Shown here: piece after piece, positions 30,487 to 38,992 of the stretch | Numbering within the stretch: the stretch's first letter is position 1 | Layout of the letters: each line of letters opens with the position of its first letter | NCBI GenBank assembly: GCA_009619095.1 | Contig: WJOT01000027.1 | Coordinates: forward strand, 6,812 to 70,811 | Direction: 5' to 3' | Length of the DNA stretch: 64,000 nucleotides | Source of the DNA: Clostridia bacterium | GTDB lineage: Bacteria > UBA6262 > WVXT01 | Made by a program: the position numbers and the translations under genes | The notes under the pieces: generated by a model | Seen by the model: only the letters and a program-made list of their open reading frames with translations | Databases searched by the model: none | Told to the model about the DNA's origin: nothing

Positions 30487-30785
30487 AAGATAACCCCTTC
30501 GGGGTTACTCCCATAGGGGCTCCGCCCCTCTGGCGCTCACCAAATGTCCACCAGACATTTACTTCTCTGTCCTCCGGGGCGCTCACCATCTCGCGCCCGT
30601 CGCTAACACGGAGCTCCTTACTCGTCGCTCCAGCGGTCCTTCGGACCCGGGGCGCTCACCGTCTCGCGCCCGTCGCTAACACGTCCCGATTTATCCATCG
30701 GGACAGCAACCCCTTGAGGGAAACCAGATTGTTTCCCTCAAACTTCCTAATCCGCATCCCGATTAATAATCGGGATGCTCTTTGA
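30487..30785. repeat. GC-rich modular scaffold element, copy 3 (abuts the RE of the tnpB element)
   Basis: taaccccttcggggtta, ccataggggctccgcccctctggcgctcacc, aaatgtccaccagacattt, cttctctgtc, two ggggcgctcacc.tctcgcgcccgtcgctaacac units (74-bp period), gtcccgatttatccatcgggac, accccttgagggaaaccagattgtttccctcaaacttcctaatccgcatcccgattaataatcgggatgc. Confidence 0.8.
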
Positions 30786-30960
30786 CAACTCCCCATGCCT
30801 AAAGGCAGGGGATTCTCCAACTTATACCATTGCTGGTTTTCGTATTAGGAGTTCCTGTTTCGCTGTGGAAGCTAATGCCTCCACTCCACAGGCTATGACC
30901 GCGTGTCCCGCGGCTAATATGTTTATGCTTGCGTTTAGGTCTGCGTTTTCTGTGTGTCCG
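30785..30960 (-). ncRNA. Expected omega/reRNA of the TnpB element (3' end of tnpB plus RE); extent not determined
   Basis: By analogy with characterised TnpB systems, the guide RNA scaffold overlaps the tnpB 3' end and the RE. The RE hairpin ccccatgcctaaaggcagggg lies at 30791-30811, 11 nt after the stop. Confidence 0.3.
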
Positions 30961-32027
30961 CAGTTTTGACACTGAAACACTTCCTGGTTTATCCTGTTTT
31001 CTTTTGAGATATGGTGGCATATTCTGCACTCCAGACTGGTATTCTTCGGAAGTATCAGTACCAGTCTTCCATCTCTCCAGTTCAGTTTATAGGAGAGGTG
31101 GTTCTGGAATGTGTACCAGCCCTGGTCAAGGATGGAACGATTTAGTCCTGATTTGGCTTTTACGTTTGTTCCCGGTTTTTCCTTTGTTCCTTTGGCTGAT
31201 TTGGCCATATCTTTTGTCTTTAGGTCTTCCATGACAATTAAGCTGTGGCTCTTGGCTAATTGCGTGGAAACCTTATGTAGAAAGTCATTGCGTAGATTTG
31301 CTATATGGTTGTGGAGTTTCTGTATTTTTTGCTTGGTCTTTCTCCAATTTGAGGAGAACTTTTTCTTTTTGGATAGCTGTCTTTGTAGTCTGGCAAGTCT
31401 CTTTAGATTCTTCTTTAGAGGTGATACTGTAGGTATAGCTTCTCTATTTGAACATTGAGCAAAGATCTTTATGCCTCTGTCTATTCCTATGTGAGATTGA
31501 GGTATTTCCTTAGGCTGTGGGATATCTTCACAGTTAAATGAAATGAACCAGTTTTTGCAAGATTTTGATATGGTTACATGTCTTATTCTTCCCTCAATTT
31601 CTCTTGTCTTGGTGAAACGGACTATGCCGAGTTTAGGAAGATTTACCTGGCCTACCTTCTTTGATAGCTGTTTTGTTAGGGTTACTCCTTGGGGAAGACG
31701 AAAGCTGTCGTTCACTCCCTTCTTTTTGAACTTGGGATAGCCTCTGCCAGAGAAGAAGTTCTTAAAGGCCTGGTCCAGGTCCTTGTTGACTTGTTGAAGA
31801 GATTGAGAAGGTGGACTAGAGAGCCAATCAAGTTCCTCCTTCCATTCTGCGAGCAGGTTATTTAAGTCAAAACAAGATAGATTCTCTTTCTTCTTCTCCC
31901 AAAGTTCCTTCTTTAGGGCTAAGGCCCTGTTCCATACATAGCGGCATGAGCCTGCTGTCTGGCTACAGAGAGACTCTTGTTCTCTGGTCAATCTGAGTCT
32001 ATATTTGAAGCTCTTTTTGATTATCAT
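30822..32027 (-). CDS. tnpB: TnpB RNA-guided endonuclease (IS605 OrfB family)
   Basis: 401 aa; starts KSFKYRLRLTREQE; RuvC triad context IGIDRGIK / IVMEDLK / NADLNASINI; zinc ribbon CRICHH..CQNCGH. Confidence 0.9.
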   Translation of the reverse strand: MIIKKSFKYRLRLTREQESLCSQTAGSCRYVWNRALALKKELWEKKKENLSCFDLNNLLAEWKEELDWLSSPPSQSLQQVNKDLDQAFKNFFSGRGYPKFKKKGVNDSFRLPQGVTLTKQLSKKVGQVNLPKLGIVRFTKTREIEGRIRHVTISKSCKNWFISFNCEDIPQPKEIPQSHIGIDRGIKIFAQCSNREAIPTVSPLKKNLKRLARLQRQLSKKKKFSSNWRKTKQKIQKLHNHIANLRNDFLHKVSTQLAKSHSLIVMEDLKTKDMAKSAKGTKEKPGTNVKAKSGLNRSILDQGWYTFQNHLSYKLNWRDGRLVLILPKNTSLECRICHHISKENRINQEVFQCQNCGHTENADLNASINILAAGHAVIACGVEALASTAKQELLIRKPAMV

Positions 32028-32133
32028 AGTTCAAGCTCTAATTGTTTGCGCTTCGCCCCCTTCAGGGATATCACACCCAGCGCCTTATATCCCCATGGCT
32101 AAAGCCAGGGGTTTTACGGCGCCTTTTGATAAT

Positions 32134-32176
32134 AGAAAAAACCGCCACTCGCCAGGAATGGTAGCAAGCTGGCGGA
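32134..32176 (-). terminator. Rho-independent terminator after the 844-aa Wzy_C/TPR gene
   Basis: Minus strand CCGCCAGCUUGCUACCAUUCCUGGCGAGUGGCGG followed by UUUUUU, 18 nt after the stop. Confidence 0.5.
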
Positions 32177-32193
32177 GAGAGGAAGACTAAAGA

Positions 32194-34728
32194 TTAATCT
32201 CTCACTTTTAGCTTTTTAGTCTCCATCTGTTGAATTATAGATTTTGCCTGTTTATCTTCAGGATTCAACTCTAATATCTTTTTCCATTCTTTCAGAGCCA
32301 AACCGCGTCTATTTGTATTCGTGTAGAAAGCGGCAAGACTCCTGTGGGCTCTAATGTCAGAATCGTTCAGTTCAACTGCTTTCCTAAAACACTTTTCAGC
32401 CTCTGTGAACTTCCTCTGCATAAAATAGACATTGCCTAAATTTATATATGCCTGACCGAATTTGGGATTCCATTCTACAGCCTTCTGGTAAACCCCCTCT
32501 GCCTTAGCCCATTCCTTCTTCTGAACATAGCACCAGCCCATCTTGAAATAGGTGGCAGCAAATACAGGGTCAAGAGCTAAAGCCTTCTCGTAATCCTCTA
32601 TAGCCTTATCCCATTCTCTCAATTTAGCATGTGCATTTCCTTCCTGGAAGTGGACCTGCACATAATTGGGAGCTAACTTCTTTAAATCAGCATACTTCGC
32701 CAGCGCCCTCTCAGCATCAGTGCGCGGCTTTTGCTCCTCCTTTTCTGTCCCCTTCAACAATTTATGAATGGAAGGAAAGAAATATTTCTGTTTGATGTCT
32801 ACAAAATCCCAGCGAGGGTCGTAAACTTCCTTCATATCCCACCTATCGTTGTAGACATTGCCCATAAAGTAGTGAGTCATTGCATAATAAGGGTTATTTC
32901 TCAAAACAGTCTGATACTCCTTTAAAGCATCTTCCCACCTCCCTGCCTTGGAGTAAGCGATAGCCTTGTTGTGGTGGATATCGGCTATAAAGAATCGCCT
33001 GAAGAAGAAGACCAGAAACAGAGCGAGAATTATAACTATGGTCTGAATTATTCTTCGGAAACGCACATTACTTAGAAACTTAGACCTTTTATTATCTTCC
33101 AAACTCGCATTAACCTTCTCTTTCTGCCCCACTATCTGACCACCAAGCAATCCCAGGAAAAGCCAGAAAACAAAACCTGAAGATACAAATCTCATATTCA
33201 CACACATAAGATTGTGCACCAGAAGTCCAAACAGCCCCGAGAGCAAGCCAAGAAGTAGATATTGGCGTCTGGTCAACTTCTCTAATCGAGAGCCGATCTT
33301 GAATTTTGAACCCTTCTTAGAGTGAGGATTGAACCGGGAAATCTTGGGAGAAGGAGGACCTTGTGCCGAATAGCTAGTAACTTGCTTTAACCTCTTTATT
33401 CCAGTGTAAAAGAATAATGTCAGAATCCAGAGAAATATCCCGAATCCCACTATCCCTTCATCGTACCAGACCTCGATGAACTCATTCTCTGGATGGTCTG
33501 TTTCGGTATTATGTTTTCCCTCAATATGGAATATCTCCGGACGCCGGAAAGCAGGATAGACTATTTTGAAAGTGCCAATTCCTGTTCCCAGAAACTTATG
33601 AATTAGTTCCTTGCCGGGGGTTGATTTAATTGCCGTGCCTCCCTCAGGATAATCTCTAACCATTTCCAAAGTGGAAATCCAGGTGAACACCCGGAAACGC
33701 ACCGAGTCTATTCGCTGTCTTATAAGGAAAGTTACCGCACTCATGGTACCCAGAAGCAGGACTGCTAAGAAAACTGCCAGAAAAGTTTTCTTCTGCTTTT
33801 TTGTGGCGGGAACGACAAACAGCGTGGTCGTAATTGCAAAGAAGGAGATTCCCGCTACAAAACCGATATAAGCAGCTTTGGTTCTGGTGGTGATAAGATT
33901 AATAAGAACGATAAACACAAAGAGAACCAGAAGCTTTTTGGACTTCATTTTCACTAACACCATTAATAATAAAGAAAGGAGAAGTAAAAAGAAGAAAGCG
34001 TATGTCTTATTTTCCACAAAGAAGATATAGGCTTGAGTTCCCAGACTTCCCATGCCCATGAGTCCTTCCTTTCCCAAAAATTGCATAAAACAGTAGAGGA
34101 TACCAATGGTTGCCACCAGAACCAAAGAGACAAATGTCTTTTTAGCCTTTTTCAGGTCGGAAAAATCGAAAAATGTTAAAATTAAAGGAGTAACCAGTAC
34201 CAGGAAGGCGGCAAAGAAATTAGGGTTGCCAAAAGTGGAAAATATTCTATCTCCAAAAGCTCCCTTCCAGATGAAGGTATCTAACTCCATGAATTGAATC
34301 AAACCATAGAAAACAGCGATAAAGGTAGCAGCGAGTATCCAGCGGAACATTCTCTTTACTTTTTCGGAACTGTTAAACTCAATGAGAGCTATCAGAAAAA
34401 TTCCTATATACAGAACTCTCCTGGTAAGCTCCTCGAAACTGGTGAATTTGAAGGGGGAAATGGAAAAGGAAATGATACCGGAAAGGAGGAAAAATAGAGC
34501 AGGAATTGCGTAGAGGCGCTGTTCTCTACTCTCCAGTAACCTTCCCCTCTCAATTACCTTGACAATCCACGCTGCTATAATAATGATAGCGCCAATATGT
34601 AGAAGCGTAATTTTTATCTGACAGGAATCGTAGGTCTTCAGATAGAACGATAGAGCAATAAGGAAGGCTAAAATTGGCAAGCCGAACTCTATTATTACAT
34701 TGCAATATTTGATTAGTTTTTTATTCAT
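32194..34728 (-). CDS. O-antigen ligase-like (Wzy_C) membrane domain fused to C-terminal TPR repeats (paralog)
   Basis: 844 aa with the same architecture as 28183..30483 (FGNPNFFAAFLV.., ..TRTKAAYIGF.., C-terminal TPRs). Confidence 0.8.
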   Translation of the reverse strand: MNKKLIKYCNVIIEFGLPILAFLIALSFYLKTYDSCQIKITLLHIGAIIIIAAWIVKVIERGRLLESREQRLYAIPALFFLLSGIISFSISPFKFTSFEELTRRVLYIGIFLIALIEFNSSEKVKRMFRWILAATFIAVFYGLIQFMELDTFIWKGAFGDRIFSTFGNPNFFAAFLVLVTPLILTFFDFSDLKKAKKTFVSLVLVATIGILYCFMQFLGKEGLMGMGSLGTQAYIFFVENKTYAFFFLLLLSLLLMVLVKMKSKKLLVLFVFIVLINLITTRTKAAYIGFVAGISFFAITTTLFVVPATKKQKKTFLAVFLAVLLLGTMSAVTFLIRQRIDSVRFRVFTWISTLEMVRDYPEGGTAIKSTPGKELIHKFLGTGIGTFKIVYPAFRRPEIFHIEGKHNTETDHPENEFIEVWYDEGIVGFGIFLWILTLFFYTGIKRLKQVTSYSAQGPPSPKISRFNPHSKKGSKFKIGSRLEKLTRRQYLLLGLLSGLFGLLVHNLMCVNMRFVSSGFVFWLFLGLLGGQIVGQKEKVNASLEDNKRSKFLSNVRFRRIIQTIVIILALFLVFFFRRFFIADIHHNKAIAYSKAGRWEDALKEYQTVLRNNPYYAMTHYFMGNVYNDRWDMKEVYDPRWDFVDIKQKYFFPSIHKLLKGTEKEEQKPRTDAERALAKYADLKKLAPNYVQVHFQEGNAHAKLREWDKAIEDYEKALALDPVFAATYFKMGWCYVQKKEWAKAEGVYQKAVEWNPKFGQAYINLGNVYFMQRKFTEAEKCFRKAVELNDSDIRAHRSLAAFYTNTNRRGLALKEWKKILELNPEDKQAKSIIQQMETKKLKVRD

Positions 34729-34778
34729 AATCCTTATAGTATTCTAACACAATTTCTGCAAAAATTCAACCCGTTTAT

Positions 34779-34834
34779 AAAAAAGCCACATTACCCACAA
34801 AAGTGGAAAACGCGGCCATATATTCCATTATTTT
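34779..34834 (-). terminator. Terminator-like module; second copy of the module that follows tRNA-Thr
   Basis: 53/55 identical to 42305-42359. Minus strand GCCGCGUUUUCCACUUUUGUGGGUAAUGUGGC followed by UUUUUU. Confidence 0.55.
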
Positions 34835-35025
34835 GCAGCCGACAACCCGCTTCGAACAACTGTCCCCGTTCCATGACCCTTGAGCAGTTTAAAGGTTCTG
34901 CTCAAAATCATAGACAAAAATTACAGGGACACAATACTTAATTATCTTACTCGATTCCCTTTCCCCTTTTTTAATTAAGTATTGTGTCCCCGGAACTTTC
35001 CCCGGAACTTTCCCGGAACTTTAAA
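34835..35025 (-). other. Unassigned structured non-coding block (tRNA-like T-arm, 19-bp perfect inverted repeat, 3x tandem GGAACTTTCC)
   Basis: Minus strand GACAGUUG-UUCGAAG-CGGGUUGUC (T-arm-like, 7-nt UUCGAAG loop) then GGCUGC at 34836-34868. Perfect IR gggacacaatacttaatta (34926-34944) / taattaagtattgtgtccc (34972-34990). ggaactttcc(c) occurs three times at 34992-35022. Confidence 0.4.
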
Positions 35026-35062
35026 TATTTCTTCTTTTGAATAAGTGACCACAACTTTTTTA

Positions 35063-35923
35063 TTATTTCTTTGGGCTACCTAAATATCTAAATAGTTCCG
35101 AGTTGGATTCCAATACTACGATAGTCCCTTCGCGGATAAACTTTTTGTAAGCCTCCAGTGCCCTTAAGAAACTATAAAATTCAGCATCTTTTTGAAATGC
35201 CCGGGCATAAATCTTAATAGCCCTAGCATCTCCTTCGCCTTTTATCTTCTGTGCTCTACGGTAGGCTTCAGCTAATATAAACACCTTTTGTTTATCTGTC
35301 TCGGCTCTAATTTTCATTGCCTCCTCGTTCCCTTCAGAACGATATTTTTTAGCAATTCTCTCTCTTTCTGCACGCATCCGTCCGTAAACACTTGCCTTTA
35401 CTTCTTCAGCTAAATCCGCCCTTTTAATCCGTACATCAATAATCCTAATCCCATATTGAACCGCCTTCTCAGCACTTCGTTTAGCCACGGTATCCATTAT
35501 TGCTTCCCGACGCAAGTCGATTATCTCCGAGAAATCGTGACGGGCTAACTCTTCCCTTAGCTCGGAATAAATGATATCATCAAGTCTCGCCTGTGCACCA
35601 ATTTCATCCCTTACTGTTTGATAAACTTTAAGCGGGTCAACAATTATAAACCGTGCATAGTTATCAACTACCAGCGTCTTTTTATCACGGGTTAAAATTT
35701 CTGCTGGAGCAGCATCGTATTCCAAGCGTCTTTTATCAAAATAATGAACCGTTTGCATTAAAGGAATTTTTAAATGTAAACCAGCCTCATCTACTGTTTT
35801 GATATACTTACCAAACTGAGTGATAATCACCTGCCGTGTCTCATCAACAGTAAATAAAGTCATATTTATCCCTATCACAATTATCACTAACAACACAATC
35901 AGCGTAACTTTTTTATTTGCCAT
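35063..35923 (-). CDS. hflC: FtsH protease modulator HflC (SPFH/band 7)
   Basis: 286 aa; N-terminal TM plus SPFH domain; follows hflK. Confidence 0.85.
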   Translation of the reverse strand: MANKKVTLIVLLVIIVIGINMTLFTVDETRQVIITQFGKYIKTVDEAGLHLKIPLMQTVHYFDKRRLEYDAAPAEILTRDKKTLVVDNYARFIIVDPLKVYQTVRDEIGAQARLDDIIYSELREELARHDFSEIIDLRREAIMDTVAKRSAEKAVQYGIRIIDVRIKRADLAEEVKASVYGRMRAERERIAKKYRSEGNEEAMKIRAETDKQKVFILAEAYRRAQKIKGEGDARAIKIYARAFQKDAEFYSFLRALEAYKKFIREGTIVVLESNSELFRYLGSPKK

Positions 35924-35930
35924 TTTGGTA

Positions 35931-36956
35931 TTACCTCCCTTTTTCTTTCTCTTCAGTGGATAAGATTGGCTTAACCATTTCTTCTAAGGGTAAAAGTTGC
36001 AGTAAGCCACCGCCAACTTTAGAATCGATTATTACCTTTTTGACATTAGGTAGAATTTCTTCCATAGTTTCTAAGTATAACCTCTCACGGGTTACATCTT
36101 TTGCTTTTTCGTATTCTTTTAAGATTGCTAAAAACTTACCGGCATCACCCTGCGCTCTTTTTATCCTTTCTTCTCTATAAGCCTCAGCTTCTCTTAATAT
36201 CTGCGCTGCTCGTCCTTTGGTCTTAGGGATAATATCTTCCTGATACCCTTTAGCTTCGTAGATAAGCCTTTCCCTGTCCTCTTTAGCACTAACTACATCT
36301 TTAAAAGCTGCTTCTACCTCTTTAGGAGGACGAACGGTCTGTAATTTTACCTCGGTGATTAGTAACCCTGACTCGTAACCATCCATTATCCTCTGTAAAA
36401 GTTCTCGGATCTCCTGCTGAATACGTAATTTCCCTATAGTTAAAGCATCATCAATATCGCTATTCCCGATAACCTGACGCAGAGCAACCTCGCTGGCATC
36501 ACGGAGTGTTCCTTTGATGTCCTTAACATTAAACAAATAATCAGCTGGATCTTTTATCTTATACTGGACAATAATTTGGCAGTCAACGATGTTTTCATCA
36601 CCGGTTAGCATTAACGATTCTGCGGGGATGAACTGGTAACGCGCTGGTGGACCAGGGTCAATGACTCTAAACCCTACCTCAATCCTTTTCACTTCAGTCA
36701 CTCTGGGTGTATCTACTTTTTCAATCGGCCAGGGAAGACGGTAACGCAATCCTGAAGAAGTGATTCTCACCATTTTACCAAATCGTCTTACTACACCCTG
36801 TTCAGCTGGGGAAACAATATAGATTCCCGATACTAACCACAGTAGAACTATCCCGATGAAAATAATCTGTCCACCGTATCGTTTACCTTTAAAAAAGGTC
36901 TTGATACGGTTGACAAATTCATCAGTGGGAAGTTTTTCTTCATTAGGCCAAGGCAT
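35931..36956 (-). CDS. hflK: FtsH protease modulator HflK (SPFH/band 7)
   Basis: 341 aa; TM plus SPFH domain (GIYIVSPAEQGVVRRFGK.., ..LTGDENIVD..) and coiled-coil C-terminus. Confidence 0.85.
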   Translation of the reverse strand: MPWPNEEKLPTDEFVNRIKTFFKGKRYGGQIIFIGIVLLWLVSGIYIVSPAEQGVVRRFGKMVRITSSGLRYRLPWPIEKVDTPRVTEVKRIEVGFRVIDPGPPARYQFIPAESLMLTGDENIVDCQIIVQYKIKDPADYLFNVKDIKGTLRDASEVALRQVIGNSDIDDALTIGKLRIQQEIRELLQRIMDGYESGLLITEVKLQTVRPPKEVEAAFKDVVSAKEDRERLIYEAKGYQEDIIPKTKGRAAQILREAEAYREERIKRAQGDAGKFLAILKEYEKAKDVTRERLYLETMEEILPNVKKVIIDSKVGGGLLQLLPLEEMVKPILSTEEKEKGR

Positions 36957-37207
36957 GATATTTTCCTCCTTTTTCTATTTTCTTATTTTGTAAAGGCTAC
37001 CTATTTTATCCCTTTCTCGCTCTGAATACTCTCCGGGCAAAATTACCGACGAGCTGTATTATTCTAAATTCCTCCTTCCCGCGTTAGAAATTTTAGAACC
37101 GAATAAGGGAGGCTTGTTGAATTTGTTGACATTTCTTCTTCTAAGCCAGCCACTCTTTCAATCCAGTCACAGTATATATTTATTTAGTGTAATTGTCAAT
37201 ATAAATA

Positions 37208-37255
37208 AAGCCGACGGACAGAGTCGAACTGTCGACCTACGGGTTTACCAAACCG
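37208..37255 (-). repeat. tRNA-Thr 3'-part copy no. 1 (att-like remnant, most diverged)
   Basis: aagccgacggacagagtcgaactgtcgacctacgg is identical to the tRNA-Thr 3' end. The next 13 nt match with 1 indel and 1 substitution in the anticodon (GGU-like instead of CGU). No D-arm or 5' acceptor. Confidence 0.8.
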
Positions 37256-37347
37256 AAAAGTCAGGGGGACCTTATACGTTTTCAGCTCCTAAAGCCCTGC
37301 AGATTGGCTGTCGTCTCGGAACAAGTTCAATTCGTAAACGCTTAACA

Positions 37348-37593
37348 TCAGAATATATAGACATAATTGGGGTTCTCTCCACCACCGACGTCACCCTTAC
37401 AACCTTTCTCAATGAAGTAAGATTCAATTCGTCTTGCTACTTCTTCGGTAGTAGCGTACCAATGATGCCAATATTTGGGATTCCCGTGCTCTGTCCTCCG
37501 TCTATCAGGGTCATCTGTAATCCCAATCGTCCATGATGAGTATTTCCCCTTAATGTGTGCCTCTATTTCAGCTTTAATCTCCTGCTCAGTCAT
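37348..37593 (-). CDS. Small hypothetical protein with a GIY-YIG-like 'TIGIT..R..EH' motif
   Basis: 81 aa; ..YSSWTIGITDDPDRRRTEHGNP.. resembles the YIG/Arg/His half of GIY-YIG (YhbQ-like) proteins. It ends ..NYVYIF. This is the only gene in the 0.65-kb islet A. Confidence 0.5.
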   Translation of the reverse strand: MTEQEIKAEIEAHIKGKYSSWTIGITDDPDRRRTEHGNPKYWHHWYATTEEVARRIESYFIEKGCKGDVGGGENPNYVYIF

Positions 37594-37901
37594 AATTTCC
37601 TCCTTTCAATTCTATAGATAGCTCTTCATTTACCCTAACATCAACTTTCCCCTCCTGTGTAAATCCATTTTTCTGTCTTGTCGTAACGAGGGTTTCTGCC
37701 TATCTGATTGTAACAATGCTACCGCAAACTCCTCACTTCCTTATTCGTAATCTTGATTTCAATGTATCACCATTACTGGGTGGAGTCAAGTACAAAATCT
37801 TATATACCTGAACTTACACAGAATTGAGTCGAATTGATACTGTTTTTTTGGTGTGTCTCGAAACGATTGGAGGGACTACCTTGTGGAAAAGCCAAAAAAT
37901 A

Positions 37902-37948
37902 AAGCCGACGGACAGAGTCGAACTGTCGACCTACGGTTTACGAAACCG
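37902..37948 (-). repeat. tRNA-Thr 3'-part copy no. 2 (47 nt, exact)
   Basis: aagccgacggacagagtcgaactgtcgacctacggtttacgaaaccg is identical to 42361-42407, then diverges. Confidence 0.9.
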
Positions 37949-38017
37949 CCCAACTTCAAATTATTATATTAATGAAATAAAGGATTGACAAGTGTTTTTT
38001 TGGGTCTTCTCAATATT

Positions 38018-38320
38018 TCAGTCCTTGCTAATTTTTGCTAATTTTTGGGAATTTAAGCTTCTTTTCTGTTGACTTTTTAGACTAATTCTCTGAGGATGAA
38101 TTCTTCTTACTTTCCCACAATCAGGATTTGTTTTCCCAAAAGATAAACCAGCAACTCCATACATCGCCAAATCCAGTTTCATCCTCCTAATCTGTCGTTT
38201 ACTGATACAAGGGAGTTTATTACCACGGGCTTCTTTCAAGATTTCCTTCCTCTTCTCTTTTTCAACTCCCAACCTTCGTAAGAGACTGGATAGCTCTTTA
38301 ACTTTGATTATCTTGGACAT
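38018..38320 (-). CDS. Hypothetical basic protein (100 aa)
   Basis: ORF only; K/R-rich; no motif I recognise. It sits next to att-like copy 2. Confidence 0.4.
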   Translation of the reverse strand: MSKIIKVKELSSLLRRLGVEKEKRKEILKEARGNKLPCISKRQIRRMKLDLAMYGVAGLSFGKTNPDCGKVRRIHPQRISLKSQQKRSLNSQKLAKISKD

Positions 38321-38441
38321 TCTTTTTCATTCCTTTCTTAGCCAATCTTGATTTCGCCCGTCGCCCTTTTAGTGGCTGGGGAGCAAAGCTCCCCAAGACC
38401 CCTCTCTTTTATATTTCTGCCTTGACGAGAAAAGATTGTAC

Positions 38442-38470
38442 TTGACAAGAAATACTGAACCTTGTAAAAT
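38442..38470 (+). promoter_or_regulatory. Sigma70-type promoter for the BTLCP-like gene
   Basis: TTGACA (38442-38447), 17-nt spacer, TAAAAT (38465-38470). GGAGG lies 8 nt upstream of ATG 38507. Confidence 0.6.
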
Positions 38471-38506
38471 TTTTTCCTAGTATAATGAAAAAAGGAGGTA
38501 TTCTTT

Positions 38507-38992
38507 ATGAGAAAAATAACGTCGCTATTCATCGCGTGTACGCTTGCATTATCCCTATTTTCACCAGGAAGAGCTGAAGAACTCACTTATCCAAAGGAAA
38601 TTCCACCTCTTATTTATGACATTTATGATCTGGTCATCAGGGATAATCCGCTTAAGTTTATTCCGGATGATCCAAATGATTATTGGCAAAGTCCAGCCGA
38701 AACTGAAGCTCGTGGTGGAGGAGATTCTGAAGATCTGGCCATCTGGGTCTATAAAAAGCTCTGGGATAAGTATTATCAGGTAAATTTTATGACGTATCGA
38801 ATTCAGGTATGGGGAAGAGATGACTTTCATATGTGGGTACGGTTTAATACCCACGAGGTTCTTGGGGGAACCTTTGACGTTTGGGATATTGATCTGACTA
38901 CGAGAGACAAAATTTTTCCTGGAAGAATCGCTTATGAGCCTACTCCGGAATACAAAGCTAAGCTGAAAGCGGCTCTTGAGAGGGATAAATAG
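38507..38992 (+). CDS. Secreted transglutaminase-like (BTLCP / peptidase C93-like) protein with Ser in place of the catalytic Cys
   Basis: Signal peptide MRKITSLFIACTLALSLFSPGRA. DYWQSPAETEARGGGDSEDLAIWVYKKL matches the BTLCP core DYWxxPxETLxxGxGDCEDYAIxK except for C to S. Downstream His (FHMWV) and Asp (VWDID) are retained. Confidence 0.65.
   Translation: MRKITSLFIACTLALSLFSPGRAEELTYPKEIPPLIYDIYDLVIRDNPLKFIPDDPNDYWQSPAETEARGGGDSEDLAIWVYKKLWDKYYQVNFMTYRIQVWGRDDFHMWVRFNTHEVLGGTFDVWDIDLTTRDKIFPGRIAYEPTPEYKAKLKAALERDK

Larger units (their letters stand above)
30780..32135 (-). mobile_element. IS200/IS605-family tnpB-only element (IS1341-like), apparently intact
   Basis: Near-identical subterminal hairpins in the same orientation at both ends: ccccatggctaaagccagggg (32091-32111, LE side) and ccccatgcctaaaggcagggg (30791-30811, RE side). 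Single tnpB ORF, no tnpA. Outer boundaries are approximate. Confidence 0.7.
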
